Shown in pieces: positions 59,387 to 64,000 of a stretch of 64,000 nucleotides of DNA. Position 1 is the first letter of the stretch. Each line of letters starts with the position of its first letter. The stretch lies in the IMG/VR virus record IMGVR_UViG_3300046002_004363, positions 1 to 64,000 of that record; one strand, written 5' to 3'. The notes beneath the pieces were generated by a model that saw only the letters and a list, made by a program, of their open reading frames with translations, made no database searches and was not told the origin of the DNA. Made by a program: the position numbers and the translations under genes. Origin of the DNA: a virus.

Positions 59387-62300
59387 ATGAGAACAAAACA
59401 AGTTTTAGAATACATAGAAAACACACTAAATCAAACACCTAGACACAATTGTACAGCACTAGCTAAGGCTATAACCCAAGCTAGTAAAAAATTCAAGCAG
59501 GACCAATTCGATATGATGATGTTACTACTGGAAAATAAACCAATAGGAGGTCACACTCATAGCTATGGTTTCCACACGTCATACGGAAGAGATCTAATAG
59601 ACACAATGTCAAACTATTACTATAAATTTAATAACTAAAACCAAGCATATTATGAGTAATTATAAAACATTTTACGAAAATACAATTGTAGACAATATAG
59701 ATTTAGAGTCTTATGGTTTATCTAATGACGTATACCTATACGATAAAATTAAAACAACGTACAACATATTCAAACAAGAGTATGGTTTTATGATTGATAG
59801 AGTAGGCGAAGTAAACGCATTTAAAGAATGGTTAATGGGATTACCAAGTGTCTTAAGTGTTCCGTTTATGAATAGCGAAATATTGTCTTTAGCAAAAGAT
59901 AATGGATTCCTTAACGTGCAATGCATAACAAACCATATAGATGGTAGTAAAACAACTGAATATGTTTATGCAGAAGGCAGAATGTTAGAACGTATAGAAG
60001 ATAGATTTTTAAATAACTATTGGACTAACTTAGCCTTAGCTTTTTTTAACTTAAAAGATAACCTTTAAAATTATATAACTATGGAATTTACAAACGAATT
60101 TAAGAGTACAAGAAGTGGTTTTAATCACACGTCTAAACTATGGAGTAGCAAAGGAGAGTTATTAGCCGTAGCGGTCTGCAGATACTTAAATAGAACATGG
60201 GAAAGTTATGCATTTCAATCATCAATGAAGTCTGCGGTTTATCAGGCTATAGAAAATCAAGTGCAAAAAGAAAAACAACTGCAAAGGATAACAAGACTAA
60301 CCAAGAGTAAGAGACTAGAGATAGAAAATTACTCATCAATTATAAATGAATTAAAGGAACTATATAAGACATTGTAATGAATATAAAAGACCAATTCAAT
60401 AAAAGCAAAGGACTCCCTTTATATGAGATAGAAGTAACTAATCTAATTAGTAATAAAGATGACTTCATTATCTTCGATATAACGGCATATAAAAATTATT
60501 TCAAGGTAACACATCAGCCACTTACTGAAGAGCAAGAAAATAGCTGTAAAATAGCCTCATTCTTTATGCCTATAGATAATGAGGTTTCTTTAGAAGAACA
60601 CCTTAATGAGTTATACCAAAAATGTTGTGAAGAAATAACAAGTAGTGATTATTATATTTTAAATGATTAAAGATATGAGACCGAGAATTAATAGACGTGT
60701 GAATGTTCAGCAAGTGATTGAACACCTAGAGAACAAACGTAGAGTGTATTCAGAAGCTATTACAGACCTTATGAATGAAGAAGGTATATCTTATACCAAA
60801 GCAAAAGAATTGTTAAATAAAAGGCTATACGATAAGGTGGTCTTTAAATTTTAAGGTATGGTAATAGTAAACCAAATTGATAATGAATTTTGGCAAATGA
60901 GATTGTTTGAACCGAGTAATAATATTTGGTTTGAACTTCTCTGCCTTGATTTAGAATCATTAACGCTACAAGCGAGTGTAATATATAACGTAGATTTAAA
61001 CGAAGTCTTAAACTAATGAGAGTGAGAGACGCTAAATAATTCTAAGATATGACAGAAACTGCACAAATACACGGAAGTCAATTACATTTAGGAGAATTTA
61101 TCTATGTAATAAATAGATACGGAAGATTCCTTAGGAAGATTACTTGGCTAAATACATACTACTTTGAATGGAATTCAGGTTATAGTAGTATAAACGAATT
61201 AGAATTAAATACAGATCAAAAAAGTAAAGTTAAATTTTTATTAAAAGAAGAATAAATTATGGAAGAGTATAGTAATTGCTGTGGTGCAGGTAGACACCAC
61301 ATATATAACGAACTTTGTGCTGACTGTTTAGAGCATTGTGAGTTTGAAGAAGATGAAGACTTTGAATATGATGCGGACATCGAGGATTTACAAAGTTAGA
61401 TGTACATTGAATGTACGAAACCAAATAATTAAGGGTATTATAACAAGAGGTAAGGCATACGATGTTATATGGAGTAATGAGTACGGCTTTACCTTCCTTA
61501 ATGATAAGGGTAAATTGTCTTTAGGTAGATTTAAAAATTGTCATATAATAAATGGCGATTGGGAAGTAATTTAAGAAACAAAATATAAAAATATAAAATG
61601 GAAGTAAAGAAATTCACATTATTTGAGGTGGCTAAGATATTAAGAAATCAACACCTAAACAAACTAAACTACAAAGACTACAATAAATTTACTCAAGATG
61701 ATTTTGAAGGTGTTGAGTATGTAAGGGTTAATAACAAGACAAGACCAAAAGATTTAGTAGGTAAGAGTGGTAGGGTATCTAAGATGATCACCGCAATATC
61801 ACCTAAGGGTAAGGAGATTGTATTCGATGGTGTTACAGATATTTGCGAGGCCTTAGATATTAAGGCTAAGAACTACTGGAGAAAGATGGCAGAGAATCAA
61901 GGGTACACTATTGTAAGTGTAGAAGAAGTAGCTAAATTAATTTAAAGAAAAATAAGATGAAAAAAATACTTAAAAAATTAGAGAAATTAAATAAAATAAG
62001 TGGTGATACCAATATGATACAGATATTCTCAGATGGCAGTGGCTTTGTATTGTATGAAACAGAAGATATTAGATTTGAATTTCTGAGTATTAAGCAATTA
62101 AAGAAATACCTTAAAACAATTTAAAAAGAAATAAGATGGAAAATAAAGAAATACTTGAAGAAGTTGCTGAACAATTTGAATATACTAATGGTATATATGG
62201 ATTTAAACAAGGTGCTAAATGGCAACAAGAACAAGACAAGAATAAGTATAGTGAAGAAGAAGTAATTCAACTACTAATAAAATTCAATCAAGAAATTCAA

Positions 62301-62708
62301 GAAGTGGAAAATGTTAGAGGTTGGTTTGAAGAATTTAAAAAGAAATAAGATATGGAACACTTTAAATACAGATGGAAAATAGTTAATGTATACTACGAAA
62401 CTATAGATGATGATCCAGAGTTAAGACCAGATATAGTACTTGATGCCGTTTATTATAATGGTATAGACATATTGCCAATAATGAATGAAGTAGATTGTAT
62501 TGAGTTAAAAGAAGAAATGTATAATCAATTATTTTAAAATATGAATAAGGTAGAAATTATTGCAGAATTAGATAAACTAATGTATATTGCAGAACAATTA
62601 GAGAATACTTTTTTAGTTGGTAGACTTGAGGCAATAAAGCAATCACTTATAAAGGATTGGAATGAGAGTGATGCTTACTATAAAATTATAAGTAATCAAT
62701 TGAAATAA
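59387..62708 (+). CDS. run of small early hypothetical ORFs (59387-59638, 59652-60068, 60081-60377, 60377-60670, 60663-60854, 61049-61255, 61259-61399 Cys-rich, 61598-61945, 62136-62348, 62352-62537, 62541-62708)
   Basis: co-oriented, tightly packed ORFs; 61259 and 62541 read manually. Confidence 0.6.
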
Positions 62709-62821
62709 CGGTTCTCGGCTTGGCGAAGTTGCAGAATGTTGAAATTAAACACTAAATATTACAGATTATGACTAAACATTCAGAAAATACCAAAAGTAGC
62801 AATAGCACAAAACCTGTGTTA
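62706..62821. repeat. attC-like hairpin element 4 (array boundary)
   Basis: TAACGGTTCTC-GGCTTGGCGAAGTTGC / GCAATAGCACAAAACC-TGT-GTTA, imperfect. Confidence 0.65.
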
Positions 62822-63040
62822 CAATCAGTTTTTTTTGACTTTGATTATTGGAATAAATGCAATGCTTTATGGAATGTTTCTCCGCATCATTCTTTTGAAA
62901 ATTTAGTAGTCATTGAATATGTTGGAACAAGTAAAATGAGAATTTCTATTTGTGTTGAAAAAAATGAATTTGAATTAGGTTTAAATAGATTTTGGAGTGA
63001 GTTCAAACGTCAAAGTGAAAATAATGCGTTACGTAATTAA
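62768..63040 (+). CDS. cassette-borne hypothetical protein starting inside the hairpin
   Basis: flanked by GTTACAATCAGTTTT (62818) and AAAATTGATTGTAAC (63039-63053). Confidence 0.7.
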   Translation: MTKHSENTKSSNSTKPVLQSVFFDFDYWNKCNALWNVSPHHSFENLVVIEYVGTSKMRISICVEKNEFELGLNRFWSEFKRQSENNALRN

Positions 63041-63049
63041 AATTGATTG

Positions 63050-63175
63050 TAACGTATGTGGCTTTAAGCAGTTGCCAATAAAACTGCCTTAACTTTTGAT
63101 TTAAAACTAATGATTACAGATACAAAACAACCTTTAAATTTAGCCGAAAGTGGCAATTGCTTAAAGCCGCTGTTA
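63050..63175. repeat. attC-like hairpin element 5
   Basis: TAAC-gtat-GTGGCTTTAAGCAGTTGCCA / TGGCAATTGCTTAAAGCCGC-t-GTTA, 20-bp stem. Confidence 0.9.
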
Positions 63176-63562
63176 CAAGCAGTGTTTTTAGTTCCTTATG
63201 TTCCGTATTATTTACGAATATTTGAACCAATTTACAACGAAAAATATACACTTGTTGGAATTATTGAAAATGAACTTTATTGCAAAGAAACTGAAATAGA
63301 TGATTGTTTCTCTTTTGAAATAGACGAAAATACATTTCCAATATTAAGACCGTTGTCTGATTTTTACGATATAAATGCACCCGCATTTATTGATACAAAT
63401 TTTGATATTCCAACACAATTAGTTTTGGTTGATTTATGCTCTAAAAAACAACATTATTCAAGCGTAAGATATTCAGATATGCAAGAGTTTTTACGTGAAC
63501 ATATTGACATTTTCAATCTTATTGAACAAGATTTAGCCGTTTCAATCCACGATGTTGTGTAA
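63110..63562 (+). CDS. cassette-borne hypothetical protein starting inside the hairpin
   Basis: PILRPLSD, HIDIFNLIE; flanked by GTTACAAGCAGTGTT (63172) and AACATTGCTTATAAC (63561-63575). Confidence 0.75.
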   Translation: MITDTKQPLNLAESGNCLKPLLQAVFLVPYVPYYLRIFEPIYNEKYTLVGIIENELYCKETEIDDCFSFEIDENTFPILRPLSDFYDINAPAFIDTNFDIPTQLVLVDLCSKKQHYSSVRYSDMQEFLREHIDIFNLIEQDLAVSIHDVV

Positions 63563-63571
63563 CATTGCTTA

Positions 63572-63681
63572 TAACGTTCCCACGCTTGGCATCAGTTGCC
63601 TAACGGAATAATCAAATGAATTAATAAAAAACAATAATGTCAAACGAAACACTAATAGGCGATTGTGCCAAACGTGTGTTA
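63572..63681. repeat. attC-like hairpin element 6
   Basis: TAAC-gttcc-CACGCTTGGCATCAGTTGCCTA / TAGGCGATTGTGCCAAACGTG-t-GTTA with one bulged T. Confidence 0.85.
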
Positions 63682-63695
63682 AAAAACGTATTAAA

Positions 63696-63923
63696 ATGAA
63701 ACAACAAACAGCAGTAGAATGGTTAGAAGAACAATTATTTGGTTCATTAGGAATTGAATTAACAGAACATCAATCAAAAATGGCTAATGAAATATTCTTT
63801 AAACAAGCCAAAGAAATGTTTGAAAGTCAAATTATTAATGCACATACATCAGGGCAATTAGAAAATGATTTACTACCAAACGAAAAAGCACAACAATATT
63901 ATAAGCAAACTTTTAAAAAATAA
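63696..63923 (+). CDS. hypothetical protein, MKQ.TA...AKEM family
   Basis: paralogue of 1152-1385. Confidence 0.7.
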   Translation: MKQQTAVEWLEEQLFGSLGIELTEHQSKMANEIFFKQAKEMFESQIINAHTSGQLENDLLPNEKAQQYYKQTFKK

Positions 63924-64000
63924 AAATTATGATTTTTAAATTAATTTTTGAGGACAAACAAGAATATGCACAAGCTAAATCACAACTTCATTTATTACAA

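Noticed and set aside
95-63681. Hairpin elements as simple terminators or MITEs
   Set aside because: No U-tracts, long loops, conserved AAC/GTT ends, cassette-specific end complementarity and no evident target-site duplications
1-64000. Stop-codon reassignment; integrase or lysogeny module
   Set aside because: Long genes are uninterrupted in the standard code; no tyrosine or serine recombinase motifs recognised

Overview
The window holds most of an AT-rich, podovirus-like tailed phage genome. Its host is probably Bacteroidota/Flavobacterium, given the many TAnnTTTG -7 promoters. It appears circularly permuted, with both ends falling in the same accessory region. Layout: (+) accessory and replication arm 1-17.1 kb (SSB-like, ERF, 5'-3' exonuclease, initiator with iterons, primase-helicase, phosphoesterases, Dam, MazG-like); (-) virion, packaging and lysis arm 17.1-57.4 kb (2906-aa protein with a kinase-like domain, tail/ring proteins, MCP, portal, terminase, M15 endolysin, fibres), interrupted by two GIY-YIG endonucleases and a (+) groEL-groES pair; a non-coding switch region near 57.4-58.4 kb; and (+) early genes to the end. 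No DNA polymerase or integrase was recognised. The main candidate novel system is an integron-like cassette array at 62706-64000 and 1-3343. It has six sequence-diverse, 110-130 bp TAAC...GTT hairpins alternating with gene cassettes whose own ends are 10-15 bp inverted repeats. The geometry mirrors an integron (hairpin upstream of the gene, often supplying an in-frame start), and the cargo includes an Acb2/Tad1-like protein. Also found: two canonical hammerhead ribozymes, a tRNA-like RNA whose anticodon loop is replaced by a GNRA tetraloop, and several pseudoknotted RNAs. All protein calls come from motifs recognised by eye; no searches were run.
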